Positions 1 to 12,176 are shown, counted from the first letter of the stretch. The stretch is DNA of 64,000 nt from Octopus sinensis (GCF_006345805.1 NC_043006.1:35340001-35404000); one strand, 5' to 3'. The notes: generated by a model not told the origin, from the letters alone. Numbers and translations are program-made.

Positions 1-34
1 AGCACGGTCTGATCAGAGTGTTTAAAATAGCTAA

Positions 35-251
35 TAATTATTTCAGATTTTTTTGCCACAAGGGCAGCTTGGAGGAGGGGGTATGTGTTGATTAGATCGA
101 CCCCAGTATTCAACTGGTACTAATTTTATCGTCCGCGAAAGGATGAAAGGCAAGGTCGAACTCAGCGGAAATTAATGTCAAGACGTTGGGACGGACGAAA
201 TACCGCTAAGCAATTCGTCCAGTATGCTTCGGATTCTGCCAGTTCGCCACC
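35..251 (-). mobile_element. tRNA-derived SINE (family B here), diverged copy
   Basis: Reverse complement matches the cleaner copy at 24996-25225 (GGCGGCGAGCTGGCAGAA head ... GCCTTTCATCCTTTCGGGGTCGATAAAAT ... GTACCAGTTG). Confidence 0.8.
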
Positions 252-571
252 TGAAATTTTGAGGGAGGGGATTACTGGTACTTCTGACTGCCGGATGGTG
301 GCGGTGAGCAGTCATCCCTACGGAGCTCAGAGCCTAAGTAAGGCATGTGTAAAATTTGAATAAAATTGGTTGTAGTTCTCGAGTTTTAGGGATTCACGCA
401 TTCTCAGTTTTATAAATATAGATATATATATGTATGTATTATGTATGTATGTATGTATGTATGTATATATGTATGCATATTTACAAATTTGAATATTTGT
501 GTGTGTCTACAAAAAGTTAAACAAAATGCATTTACACAGAGAGACATTGAAATGTATTCATACACACATCT

Positions 572-575
572 ACTC

Positions 576-656
<81 letters not shown>
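572..656. repeat. (TA)n microsatellite abutting the 3' end of the left PLE arm
   Basis: Pure TA run read directly. It is one of dozens of (TA)n, (TG)n, (TAGA)n, (TATG)n and (AAT)n arrays in the window. Confidence 0.99.
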
Positions 657-663
<7 letters not shown>

Positions 664-790
664 GTAAAGAGTGAAAAAACGACAGAAGGCTTAAATGTTA
701 AAAAATATATATATTTGCGACAATATGTCTGAAGAATATTAGAAAATTAAAAAAAAAAAATTTTTTTCCTTTATAATGACATAATTTTTA

Positions 791-829
791 AAGAAAGACC
801 GGTTTCGCATTTAGCTTTTCAAATTTCTT
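791..829 (-). ncRNA. Minimal type I hammerhead ribozyme, U3-A8 variant (left PLE arm)
   Basis: Minus strand reads AAGAAA-T-TTGAAAA-GC(TAAAT)GC-GAAA-CCGG-TC|TTTCTT, identical to the copy at 3953-3991. Confidence 0.7.
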
Positions 830-960
830 GTGACGTTATGTTTATGTTTAATAGAGTTATCCTTGTGTTTATGCTCCGGAGAGTTCTAAATAAGGGAAGG
901 TAGTGGGTAATTTCTTCCGGTGTAAGGGAGATAATCGCTTAAAATTTTTTTTCCTTTCCC

Positions 961-2395
961 TTAATGTGAATTTCTCTGTATCAGTATGTTCGGATGGTTG
1001 AGTCTGGGCTTGTACTTTTCAATGAAGAATGTTTCCTTGTTTAGTCTAATTTGTGTTGATGATACGAAAGCACATTGGTAAAATGGAAAGATTAAAAATT
1101 GTGGTAGTAGTTGCTTTGCGCATTTCTCAATGTGCTCACTAAAAGGTATCATTCTATATTCTTGGAATGCAATCTGTTGTCGATGCAGTGTGCATCTACG
1201 TCTGAGTGATAGTCCCGTGGAATCCACGTAGTCTTGGTGGCAGCCCGAGCATTTTATGACATAAATTATGTTTTCAGAGGCACAAGTAAAGTTAGATTTG
1301 ATCTTGAATTTCTGTCCCTCTTTAAAGAGGAATTCTGATCCTTCCAGCAGGTTAGGACATGTTGCACAGTTCGATCTACCACATTTTTTTACTTTTGCAT
1401 CCGTAATTTCAGAAGACAATTTTGCCTTTGTGAGAATCTTTTTAAGTGATTTAGGCTGTTTGTAGCTTTTAATGATTTGGTGTATGTTTAGAATTTCCTT
1501 TAATTTGGGGTTTTTATGAAGTATTGGTAAATTCTGGGTGATGATGGTGAAGGCTTCTTTGTTTCTGGGGTTGTATGTAGATATGTAAGGTAGTATTTTC
1601 GGGGAAGGTGTGTTGTTGTGTTGAACTTTTCTTAAAGTTTCTATGTTGATTTCTGTTGCACGTCTGATCCCATCCTCTATGAGTTGAGCTGGGTAATGTC
1701 TGTCAATTAGGGTGTTTTTGAGTTCTTGCAGTCTAAAGTTCCTGGTATTTTGTTCTGACACTATTGTGCATATCCTTCTTGCAAGGTTGAAGGGGATGTT
1801 TGTTTTAGTGTGTCTTGGGTGGCATGAATTAAAGAGAAGGTATTGTTTGGCGTCTGTGGCTTTGTAGAAAATGTCTGTTTCTATTTTAAGGTTAATTTTT
1901 TAAATTAGTATATCCAAGAACGGGAGCTCCTTTTGGTTGTATTCCATTGTGAACTGTATATTTGGGTTTATGCTGTTCAATGATTATTTCCATGTATCCC
2001 ATTGTTAAGTTTGCAATGACTGGTGCTGCCCTTGTACCCATAGCAATTCCGGATTTTTGACGGTAAAATGTATTGTCAAACAAGAAGTGGTTATTGTGTA
2101 GGATGAATTCAATTGATTTAGTAATGAATTCTTTACTGATCCTTTTTGGTATTTCTTCCGGAAATTGGTCTAACCAGAACTGTATTGCCTCCAGTCCATA
2201 ATTATGAGGTATACTGGTATACAAGTTGACTACATCAAATGAAACCAGGATTGTTTCTTCCTTGGCTTTTTTTGGAAGGTGGTTTAACATATCTAAGTCA
2301 TCTCTGATATGGCTATCGATATGTTTAAGGAAGGGTTTCAGGAGGATGTCCATAAGTAGACTTAGTCTGTGTGTTTCACAGGTTGGGCCAGGTAC
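961..2395 (-). pseudogene. PLE RT-GIY-YIG coding region, left arm (defective)
   Basis: Runs from GPTCETHRL (~2395) through RT motifs to KYKPRLN. A 134-bp deletion (equivalent to 2681-2814, ATT microhomology) removes RFLDD. There is an in-frame TAA at 1900-1902, and YVG is changed to YVD. Confidence 0.9.
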
Positions 2396-3820
2396 ATTAT
2401 GAAAAAATTACCAACTATCCCCACAAAAAATAATGAAAACTCTATCTTCACTAATTAAAACCCATGAAAAGGAACTAACAACCAAAGAGATTGACTTCCT
2501 AACAAACTTTAAATGCAAACCTAGCCTTTTCTATGGTCTGCCAAAAATTCATAAAAGTCAAATTATAAATGAAACCATTAAAAAATCACCAAAAACATAC
2601 ATACACACACCTAACCCGGGGGACCTAAAACTACGACCTAAAACTAAAACTTAACAATGGGATACATGGAAATAATCATTTACCAGGAATCTTTATCAAT
2701 CTTTGGAAATCCCCTCTCTCAATACATAAAAGAGAACTGGAAACGATTCTTAGACGATTGTTTTATTCTCTGGAATGAAAACACAGATAAACTCCTAAAA
2801 TTTAAAAACCTATTGAGCAGCATAAACCCAAATATACAGTTCACAATGGAATACAACCAAAAGGAGCTCCCGTTCTTGGATATACTAATTTAAAAAATTA
2901 ACCTTAAAATAGAAACAGACATTTTCTACAAAGCCACAGACGCCAAACAATACCTTCTCTTTAATTCATGCCACCCAAGACACACTAAAACAAACATCCC
3001 CTTCAACCTTGCAAGAAGGATATGCACAATAGTGTCAGAACAAAATACCAGGAACTTTAGACTGCAAGAACTCAAAAACACCCTAATTGACAGACATTAC
3101 CCAGCTCAACTCATAGAGGATGGGATCAGACGTGCAACAGAAATCAACATAGAAACTTTAAGAAAAGTTCAACACAACAACACACCTTCCCCGAAAATAC
3201 TACCTTACATATCTACATACAACCCCAGAAACAAAGAAGCCTTCACCATCATCACCCAGAATTTACCAATACTTCATAAAAACCCCAAATTAAAGGAAAT
3301 TCTAAACATACACCAAATCATTAAAAGCTACAAACAGCCTAAATCACTTAAAAAGATTCTCACAAAGGCAAAATTGTCTTCTGAAATTACGGATGCAAAA
3401 GTAAAAAAATGTGGTAGATCGAACTGTGCAACATGTCCTAACCTGCTGGAAGGATCAGAATTCCTCTTTAAAGAGGGACAGAAATTCAAGATCAAATCTA
3501 ACTTTACTTGTGCCTCTGAAAACATAATTTATGTCATAAAATGCTCGGGCTGCCACCAAGACTACGTGGGTTCCACGGGACTATCACTCAGACGTAGATG
3601 CACACTGCATCGACAACAGATTGCATTTCCAGAATATAGAATGATACCTTTTAGTGAGCACATTGAGAAATGCGCAAAGCAACTACTACCACAATTTTTA
3701 ATCTTTCCATTTTACCAATGTGCTTTCGGATCATCAACACAAATTAGACTAAACAAGGAAACATTCTTCATTGAAAAGTACAAGCATCCGAACATACTGA
3801 TACAGAGAAATTCACATTAA
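2396..3820 (+). pseudogene. PLE RT-GIY-YIG coding region, right arm (defective)
   Basis: 2396-2640 encodes YEKL...YGLPKIHK...LKLRP, then jumps to TMGYME...KRFLDD...PFLDILI. An in-frame TAA at 2891-2893 is followed in the same frame by KINLKIETDIFYK...SEQ...YVG... A 12-bp deletion removes the terminal PRLN. Confidence 0.9.
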
Positions 3821-3952
3821 GGGAAAGTAAAAAAAAATTTTAAGCGATTATCTCCCTTACACCGGAGGAAATCACCCACTACCTTCCCTTATTTAGAACT
3901 CTCCGGAGCATAAACACAAGGATAACTCTATTAAACATAAACATAACGTCAC

Positions 3953-3991
3953 AAGAAATTTGAAAAGCTAAATGCGAAACCGGTCTTTCTT
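3953..3991 (+). ncRNA. Minimal type I hammerhead ribozyme, U3-A8 variant (right PLE arm)
   Basis: Core TTGAAAA (3960-3966) is CUGANGA with C3>U and G8>A. Stem II is 2 bp (GC/GC), GAAA lies at 3976-3979, stem III is palindromic ACCGGT, predicted cleavage is after GTC (C3985), and stem I is AAGAAA/TTTCTT. It sits in the PLE 3' UTR, where PLE hammerheads are known to occur. Confidence 0.7.
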
Positions 3992-4163
3992 TAAAAATTA
4001 TGTCATTATAAAGGAAAAAAAAATTTTTATTTTTTATTTTCTAATATTCTTCAGACATATTGACGCAAATATATATATTTTTTAACATTTAAGACTTCTG
4101 TCGTTTTTTCACTCTTTACTATTTTTTATATATTCACCCACGTGCTTTCACAAACCAACTTTC

Positions 4164-4242
<79 letters not shown>

Positions 4243-4245
<3 letters not shown>

Positions 4246-4426
4246 AGAGTTTACGAAAAAGCAAAAGACGAAGACAGGTGGTGTAGACGACAAACAGATG
4301 TATTAGTATAGCGCTCAGGTATAGAAAAAGTATTTTACGCTTCGAGCCTACGCTCTTCTACAGAAAGCGACACAGAAGAAAGAAGGAGAGAAAAAAATGT
4401 GTGTCGTGGCTAACGATCTATGATGG

Positions 4427-4428
<2 letters not shown>
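4243..4428 (-). mobile_element. Short TA-flanked element, probably a PLE 3' end with a decayed hammerhead (4331-4366)
   Basis: Lies between two (TA)n arrays. Minus strand reads CTGTAGA-A-GAGC(GTAG)GCTC-GAAG-CG-TA: HHR topology with two core mutations. Confidence 0.4.
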
Positions 4429-4472
<44 letters not shown>

Positions 4473-4473
<1 letters not shown>

Positions 4474-4852
4474 TAGCAGTATCACCCGGTGTTGCTTGGG
4501 TTTGTTTCGACCCTTTAGAATGGAATGTTTGAAAAATAAAGATTTTGCATTATGCAACTTGTTATTCTCTCCAAGTGAACATTTTTCCAGTTGAAATACA
4601 CCGAAAAATGGTGACACAGCAGTCAAACATCGTAAAAAAAGGGATTTTCATAGAAAAAAAGTACCTTTTTGATGTAAATAATTTTTGGTGTTAACATGGT
4701 CAGATTTGAATTTTATCTTCTACAGAGCAAGCCTTCTTCTATCATACTCTCAATTTTGGTCTACTTGCGCTACAGGGTCTCGAAGAAGATAGTGTTAGTT
4801 GAAGGCTACCAAACCTGCCACACACAGACAACTTCAGCTTTATATATATAGA
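4473..4852 (-). mobile_element. Non-autonomous Helitron-like element
   Basis: Minus strand starts A|TCTATATATATAAAG and ends with an imperfect hairpin (ACCCAAGCAACACCGGGT) shortly upstream of CTAG|T. It is inserted at an AT dinucleotide with no TSD. Confidence 0.75.
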
Positions 4853-5572
4853 TTTGCTACACACTACTTTCCATCCTTAATAATGAAACTTGGTAGAGCC
4901 AAAAGTTAAACACACAGACACACATACAGATACACACACAATACACAAGTTGAGTTTTATATATATTGATTTAGCAACGGGGATTTCAGGGGAGAGTTTC
5001 AGGGAGTCGCTGGCGATGTATCGTGATGATCAAAAATCCGGCCTGCTAAAATTTGGTTAAAGTGATTCAAACTGCAGACTCAACGCAAAATGGTCACATT
5101 TAATTCAAAGCGTTAAAATGTTATGAAAACAATTGGTATGTGTTCACAAAGTCCAAACAATTAATACGAAAAAACCCTCCAGGCTACATCCCGAAAATTC
5201 ATTTCTTTGCCGAATTTCTACAATGTTTACGGCGATTCGTTTTTATATCTTGATTCTTTTTATTTTTCATGCAATTTACGCCTGCTTGCACGCGTGGTGA
5301 ACACAGTTCACGTCAAACAGCTGACTGAATAAAGTCTACTATTCAATGCATGAGATAAGGCCTAAACAAACACATTATCGATTTTTGCACTTGCGAAATG
5401 AATTTCGGAACAGAAATAGCGGAGTTCAATTTTCATTCGCCTAAACTTTAAGTGACCCATTTTTGGTGGTTCTACGATTTGTTGGCTAGGAGAAGTGCCG
5501 GGAAGTTAAACACACAGACACACACACACAGATACACACACAGACACACAAGTTGAGTTTTATATATATAGA
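4853..5572 (-). mobile_element. Two further tandem Helitron-like units (4853-4969 and ~4971-5572) from a second family
   Basis: Both end on the plus strand in AAGTTAAACACACAGACAC...CACAAGTTGAGTTTTATATATA(T/A)GAT, the reverse complement of a TC-start Helitron 5' end. The 3' termini are degenerate. Confidence 0.6.
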
Positions 5573-5704
5573 TTTAACCGTTTTTTGCGCGCGTCTGCGT
5601 GTGCGAGTTAAATACACAAACGAGATAGAAAAATGGAAAACATGACAAGTAACACAGTTGTCGACTGTCTATCTACTCCTCATATCTATCTATCTATCTA
5701 TCTA

Positions 5705-5795
<91 letters not shown>

Positions 5796-7984
5796 CTTCT
5801 GACATTGCTAATTGGTCCTGTAGTAGCCAGCTAAATGTTTAGAATATGCGCAAAAGCATTGATTATTGTTGGGAATTGAGTGTAGTTGATAATTTAATTA
5901 TTGATAATTAAATTTTCTATAATCACCACTTTTAGCTCAACTGTTGTGATCTCTGTTCAAAACATTGGAAGTAATCAAATTCAATTTTTATTACTTATGT
6001 GGTCAGTGTCACTTTATAATTAAGTTATCAAATAATCACACTTTTCAGCGTCATACAATGGGATTTTTTTTCTATTTCGTGCCAAAGAGTTAGTTACTTA
6101 CTACTGCACCATCAAACATTGGTGAACATTACTCCTTTGCTGATGAAGCCGAATAAACAAGGAACTTTCTGTGTTATTTCCCTTGTTCATATTACGATGC
6201 TGATATATTCTTTATAGTTATTTTAACTTCTGATCACCATGTTAATCCTCTTTGACTAATTCCGCCGTTGTATGAAGGACATAATTAAAATCACACATTT
6301 ATTTGTTGACTATATACGCAGCCGATCTTTATAATTATTCTTTAGTTGACTGAATGTTAACATATGTAATATGTTAGAAAAATGAGGAAGACAACAATTG
6401 CAGTTAATTAAAATAATCTTTTCAGTGATGAGAAACTTTATAATTATCATTAATCATTAATACAATTTGATCAAAAGGACCACAGAAAGTGAGAAAATTA
6501 ACGTATTATCTTGACGACCAATATTAATTTAAATCGATCTTTCGCAAACTTGATGAATAATCAGCTGATATTTTGGTTCTAATAAATTTCCTCAGTAATA
6601 CAATGCGTCGACAAGTAGTTACCATCTACATTAAGTACATTAACGTAGGCTACGCTATTGTCTTTTATGGTTGTCTCGCTGCTTCGTTTTTAATTAATCG
6701 TTGCTATTTGGTTAAACTGTCGTATATCCAAATTTAGCCAAATGTGTGTTTCTCAATATTTATTTTTGCTTGCAAAAGCCGATTCTTGTGGTTAAACTAT
6801 CATATTTGCAGCTGCTTCAGATGCCAAGATACCAAAAATTGTCAAACTGTAGCACAACGGCTTTGATATGGAATGTTGAAACTATTTTTCGTTTTCTGAA
6901 ATAGCAACGTTTTGGACTTACTACACTTTTGCATAATAGCTACAATTTGTATCTTTTGAAGTCGGTGGCATAGGATAAGGAGAAGTTTTGTATAAAGACT
7001 ATAGTTACAAACTACAATACTCTACTATTGCACCAAAAAGATCCTTCGAATTTCTCCACCCATTTTAGTAGTTTTGTCCTTACCAGCAAAATTGTATATT
7101 GTTTACGTCATAAAAAATTAGAAATTTTGAGTGATCTGGCAATGATTCAACTAATTATAAGTAAATGGGTTTTTAAACCAACGCATTATTATTTATAATT
7201 TCATCTACTTCGAGTTTCACCTTTAAAACCGAATTATTTCACGTCTCTCGATGTTTCTAAGTCCTCTTAACTTAAACAAATACATTATATTTTGTTACGG
7301 CAATCTTTCTTCTGAGGTTGAACACCACCGAATTTGTCCTTGCCTTCGATAATTCTGGCGGCAATAATTTAAGTAAGCAGTAAGTACAGGGTTTCGATAT
7401 AAGATGTAATATTGTCCAATAAAATTGTCCAATAAAATGTCAAATAAAATGCTTCATTTTGGGTTTATGATAGATATTAAAAGGATTATCTAAAGCAGGG
7501 AGTCGGAACTTCCATTCTCCTTAATCATTAAATACGTCAATCTACAGAATATTAACATGAATCTTAACCTAAATGACTGAATATCAGACAAATGCAATAA
7601 ATTATATGAGAATACAGCTACTGAACTCATACAACAGATCAGTAATTATATTCGGTTATAATGGCAATGCTAAACCATTGCTCTATGTTGAGTGAACGAA
7701 ATCTAACTTATCATGACTACACGTATGTAGAAAACAGGTAAACATAAAATAAAAAGTAAATTAAGAAAAATAAGATAAATGAAAATAGCGTTCGTGATAT
7801 CAATAAACACTGTCAGACTTACTTAAGAAGAATCTACGAGGAGGCCCAGTGGTGGAATGCAGCATAGAAAAAAAAAAGAAGAATTTTTGTGCTTATTTCA
7901 GTGATGGGTCAACATCTGGTCTCTCGGATTTGCTGAATTTATACTCTCCGGATCGATAGATATTCTTTCTAATTTTAAACATCG

Positions 7985-8148
7985 CCAGAAAGTTTTAACA
8001 GGATGGGACATGTCCATTACATCGACCGCGTTGCTTGACATTTATCAGCTATAGAGGGAAACGTTATTTGAACTCAGAATGCAAAGAGTCGGAAGAATAC
8101 CCCGAAGCATTTTGTCCGATGTTCTAACGCTGCTGCCAACTGGTCGCC
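7985..8148 (-). mobile_element. SINE family B, old copy
   Basis: Minus strand GGCGACCAGTTGGCAGCAGCGTTAGAACATCGGACAAAATGC...TTCTGAGTTCAAAT matches the family B head. Confidence 0.55.
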
Positions 8149-9006
8149 TTTCTGAACCTACAAATATACTGACGTGTTTCACTTGGGCTACCAACGTATT
8201 AATAACGACAACATTACTGTGTGTAATTTTTTTGTTGTTGTGTAGATTAAAGAATACTAGCTTTTGGTAAATTAGCAATCAGGGATTTGATTTCATTTGT
8301 GTTGCATGGGTGTCGTATATTGAAATTTGTAATAGTTTTGATTATTTCGCGGTAATGTAGTTACTACTAATTTATATTTTATGAGTGCCTTTTCCACGAA
8401 TTTTTTCATTTGCCTCCCTATTATGCAAACAAAGAAAAAGATCAAGAAATCAAGCAATTAATGAAAAGGTCGCTGAAAGAATAACCTAGAACTTTTTACA
8501 CCGAATGGGAATTATATTATTTGGTAGTGTTTAATAACGGTAAAATTAATTAGTCACCCGGTGATACCACAGTTGCAGCATTAACGAAATTCAATACTAC
8601 CAGTACTATGGTACTCTCAAGGACTATGAGTTTACTAAATTAGATTACATGGAAGAATTTCAAAGTTTGAAAGCAAAAGAAAAGCCAGTTATTCCAATGA
8701 GTGTTACATCGAAAAAATTCAACGACCGGGAGAAGTTATAAAACAACATGTCCATTTCGGAAGAGTGTGAATCCTTTCCTCGTGTGCTGTTGCAGTTGCA
8801 AGATTTTATACTAAGATTCAGATCAATATAACAATTGGGGTATTGTAAAACGGATCTCTTTCAAGAAAAACTGATGCAGACTAAAAGAGTGAAATAGCTC
8901 GCGATGTTACAGACATCTTCAAACAAATATTCCAAAAAAGAAACTGTATATAATAGCACAATAGCTTTGGATGAAGCAGCAGATCCCGGTTAAGCAGCAG
9001 TCACAT

Positions 9007-9090
<84 letters not shown>

Positions 9091-9097
9091 ATATATG

Positions 9098-9322
9098 TTT
9101 GTGTGTCTGTGTTTGTCCCCCCCAACATCGCTAGACAACCGATGGTGGTGTGTTTACGTCCCCGTAACTTAGCGGTTCGGCAAAGAGACCGATAGAATTA
9201 GTACTAGGCTTACAAAGAATAAGTTCTGGGGTCGATTTGCTCGACTAAAAAAGGCGGTGCCCCAGCATGGCCGCAGTCAAATAACTGAAACGAGTAAAAG
9301 AATAAAAGAGAGTAAAAGAGTA
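9098..9322 (+). mobile_element. SINE family A, 3' half
   Basis: Matches the 3' half of the full copy at 29751-30160 (GACAACCGATG...CAGCATGGCCGCAGTCAAA...GTAAAAGA tail). Confidence 0.8.
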
Positions 9323-9711
9323 ACATACGTATCGTGAACTGTATTCTCGTCAGTTTAATCACCTACATCATCCTATACTAATAATCTGCACCATTAAGCT
9401 TATGTTAATATCCATTATCCTTAATTCCTTTCCAAATCAATTGTATTCCGATTCTTCACTGAGAATTTAAGAGAGAAAAAGAGTGCAAATCTCCAGTGCT
9501 TGTGCATTTCCGAAATTAATTCATCTACTTTGTGCCCTGCGACCTTCTGTGATACTAACGAATGAACGAAATGTAATTTTGATGGAGATAAGCTTTTATA
9601 AGTCCTTGGAATTCGTATCAAATAACTTACCTGAAAATGTCAATGTAATTGCATATATGCCAATGTAATTTTCATACACACACATACATATGTGTCTGTA
9701 GATAGATAGAC

Positions 9712-9793
<82 letters not shown>

Positions 9794-9853
9794 GATGGAC
9801 GGATACATTGATATATATAGATATATATGTAAATACACGCACACAGACACACT

Positions 9854-9888
<35 letters not shown>

Positions 9889-9944
9889 GGAGAGAAAGAT
9901 GTAATATATATATATATCGGTATGTATGTATATGTATATATGTA

Positions 9945-9998
<54 letters not shown>

Positions 9999-10509
9999 TA
10001 TCCGCTCACACATACATGCATACATAGCATAACATACCTACACATACACAATCACACACCTAATGCTATCTCTTTTTCCGTTTCATCTTCAATATTTGGA
10101 AATAAAACACAATTTGATAAAAACAATTGTTTAACGAATAACGACGAACACACCAATAAAACAGCAGAAAGCAAGTTCACTTATACACGAAGGAAAAACT
10201 AATATGCAATATTCAATTCAGAATTTGCATGGATTTTTCTGTGATTTTCATTGCATTTTTTAACGTTAAGATTTCTGGTTTTGATTTCGCAGATTGAATC
10301 TTATAATGAGTTCGCTGCTAAGTTAAATAGGACAACGATTCCATTATATGACAAGCTTATGAGTTTATAATACAAAGAAATAAATGCTCCTTGTTCACTT
10401 TCTCTATCTCTTACTAAGCCTAAATATTTTGATGCGTACTGACTGCCTTTATGTGAACGATGTGCTTTAACTATCTAATCCTCACGCTGTATATGTATGT
10501 AGGTGCATA

Positions 10510-10560
<51 letters not shown>

Positions 10561-10687
10561 TTATATATATATGTATATATATGTATATATATGTATATAT
10601 ATATATATATGTGTGTATATATATATATATGTATATCTATATGTATATATGTATATTTATATATGTATATGTATATATGTATATGTA

Positions 10688-10749
<62 letters not shown>

Positions 10750-10761
10750 CTTTAATTATTT

Positions 10762-11178
10762 TATTCTTTTATTTAGTTCAGTCATTTTACTGCGGCCATG
10801 CAAATCGGCCCCAGGACTTATTCTTTGTAAGCCTAGTACTTATTCTGTCGGTCTCTTTTGCCGAAGAGCTAATTTACGGGGGCGTAAACACAGCAGTATC
10901 AGTTGTCAAGCGATGTTGGGGAACAAACATAGATAGACAAACATATACACGCATACACACACGCACACAAACACGCACGCACAAACACACATGCACACAC
11001 ACACGCACACACACACACACACACGCACACACACACATATATATATATACGACGGGCTTCTTTCAGTTTCCGTCTACCAAAACCACTCATATTTGTTCGG
11101 CCCGAGGCTATAGTAGAAGTCACTTGGTCGAGGTGTCACGCATGTGGTTTTTACTTACCGCACACCCATTCCTGCGCC
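10762..11178 (-). mobile_element. SINE family A, near full length with internal deletions
   Basis: Reverse complement of the 29751 copy, including the GGCGCAGG head (ending 11178 against a TA run), the internal microsatellite and the tail. Confidence 0.85.
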
Positions 11179-11544
11179 TATATATATATATAAGTTAACT
11201 GAGTTAGAGGTTAATATAACCGTCTGGGGAATAAAAGTATCCATTATACTACATGTATATTACATATTTTTAACCATGGGTATACATATGGAAACACACC
11301 AGGCTCATTAATTATAGGTAAGGACAAGGATAAACATGATTTTACCACGAATCATAATTTAAAGAAAACAGAAAATGGAGAAATATTAATGAACAACAAT
11401 TGACTTACATCAATTATTATTTATTAATTCAATAAAATAGACTGCACCATATCGCCCCCCCCCTTTCGCCAAAGAAATACCCTTAAGAGAGAAAAGCACT
11501 GTTCGTTGTGCAATAACCTGAGTCAGATCATTTCCATCAAGACT

Positions 11545-11900
11545 TATAACAGAAATGTTAGGATTTACACAGAAGGAGGGAGCTGTAAGGATTCCCATTT
11601 GGCGTATAGAGCGGAATGCAAAGCGGTTTATGTTAGTTGCACAACAAAGCGATTACAAGAAGACTTAAAGGGCTTAGGTACGACGTCAGGCACAATAACA
11701 GTGGTTCCACAAAAGCTGCGGAGCATTTCACATCAAACGGGTGTAAATTTGAGGAGGGCCTGAATGTGCACCTTCTCAAAAGATGCTCTCACTCCACTGC
11801 AATTTGAGTCCTCAAAACCCACGAGGATAGATAAATTTGTGAACTGGAGAAATTAATAAAATGGCAGGTGAATCCCACCATATTTATACTAAACGTTTTG
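11545..11900 (+). pseudogene. Old PLE GIY-YIG endonuclease remnant
   Basis: Frameshifted translation reads GSCKDSHLAYRAECKAVYVSCTTKRLQE / RYDVRHNNSGSTKAAEHF, resembling the PLE pattern C...vvY..C...YVG.T...L..R...H...EHF. Confidence 0.55.
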
Positions 11901-12176
11901 ACTGAATAATTTTTTCTCCGCTTCTTTTCATCCATTTTGTTTTCTTCTTACCTTCCTTCCTTCTGCTACCTTTTCTGAGAGACCAAAGACCAATGACGTC
12001 GTTTTTCTTAGAAAGAAACGCTGTTATTCCGATTTAATTTTGAATGCTTCAGCTTTTCCTATCTTTGAATTTAATTTCAATTTGAATTTCGAACTTGTGA
12101 AAGACAAACGGAGTGTCGAAATATTGTTCAAGGAATAATATATTTATTGCAATCGCATCGCACTCTTCGTATTGCC

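Larger units (their letters stand above)
657..4125. mobile_element. Penelope-like retroelement, composite head-to-head insertion with inverted arms 657-2012 and 2647-4125
   Basis: The arms are reverse complements (~99% by eye, apart from a 134-bp and a 12-bp indel). They encode PLE RT motifs (YGLPKIHK, LRP..GPTCET, SFDVVNLYTSIP, GIAMGTRAAP, KRFLDD, PFLD, HP..TK.NIP) and a GIY-YIG domain with the PLE-type CCHH arrangement (CGRSNCATC, IIYVIKC..C...YVG.T...L..R...H, EH). Confidence 0.93.

Noticed and set aside
5830-7100. Possible ancient hAT transposase on the minus strand (FPTIINAF.HIL, FGILASE-like words)
   Set aside because: Only vague word-level resemblance with many stops; not supportable without a profile search.
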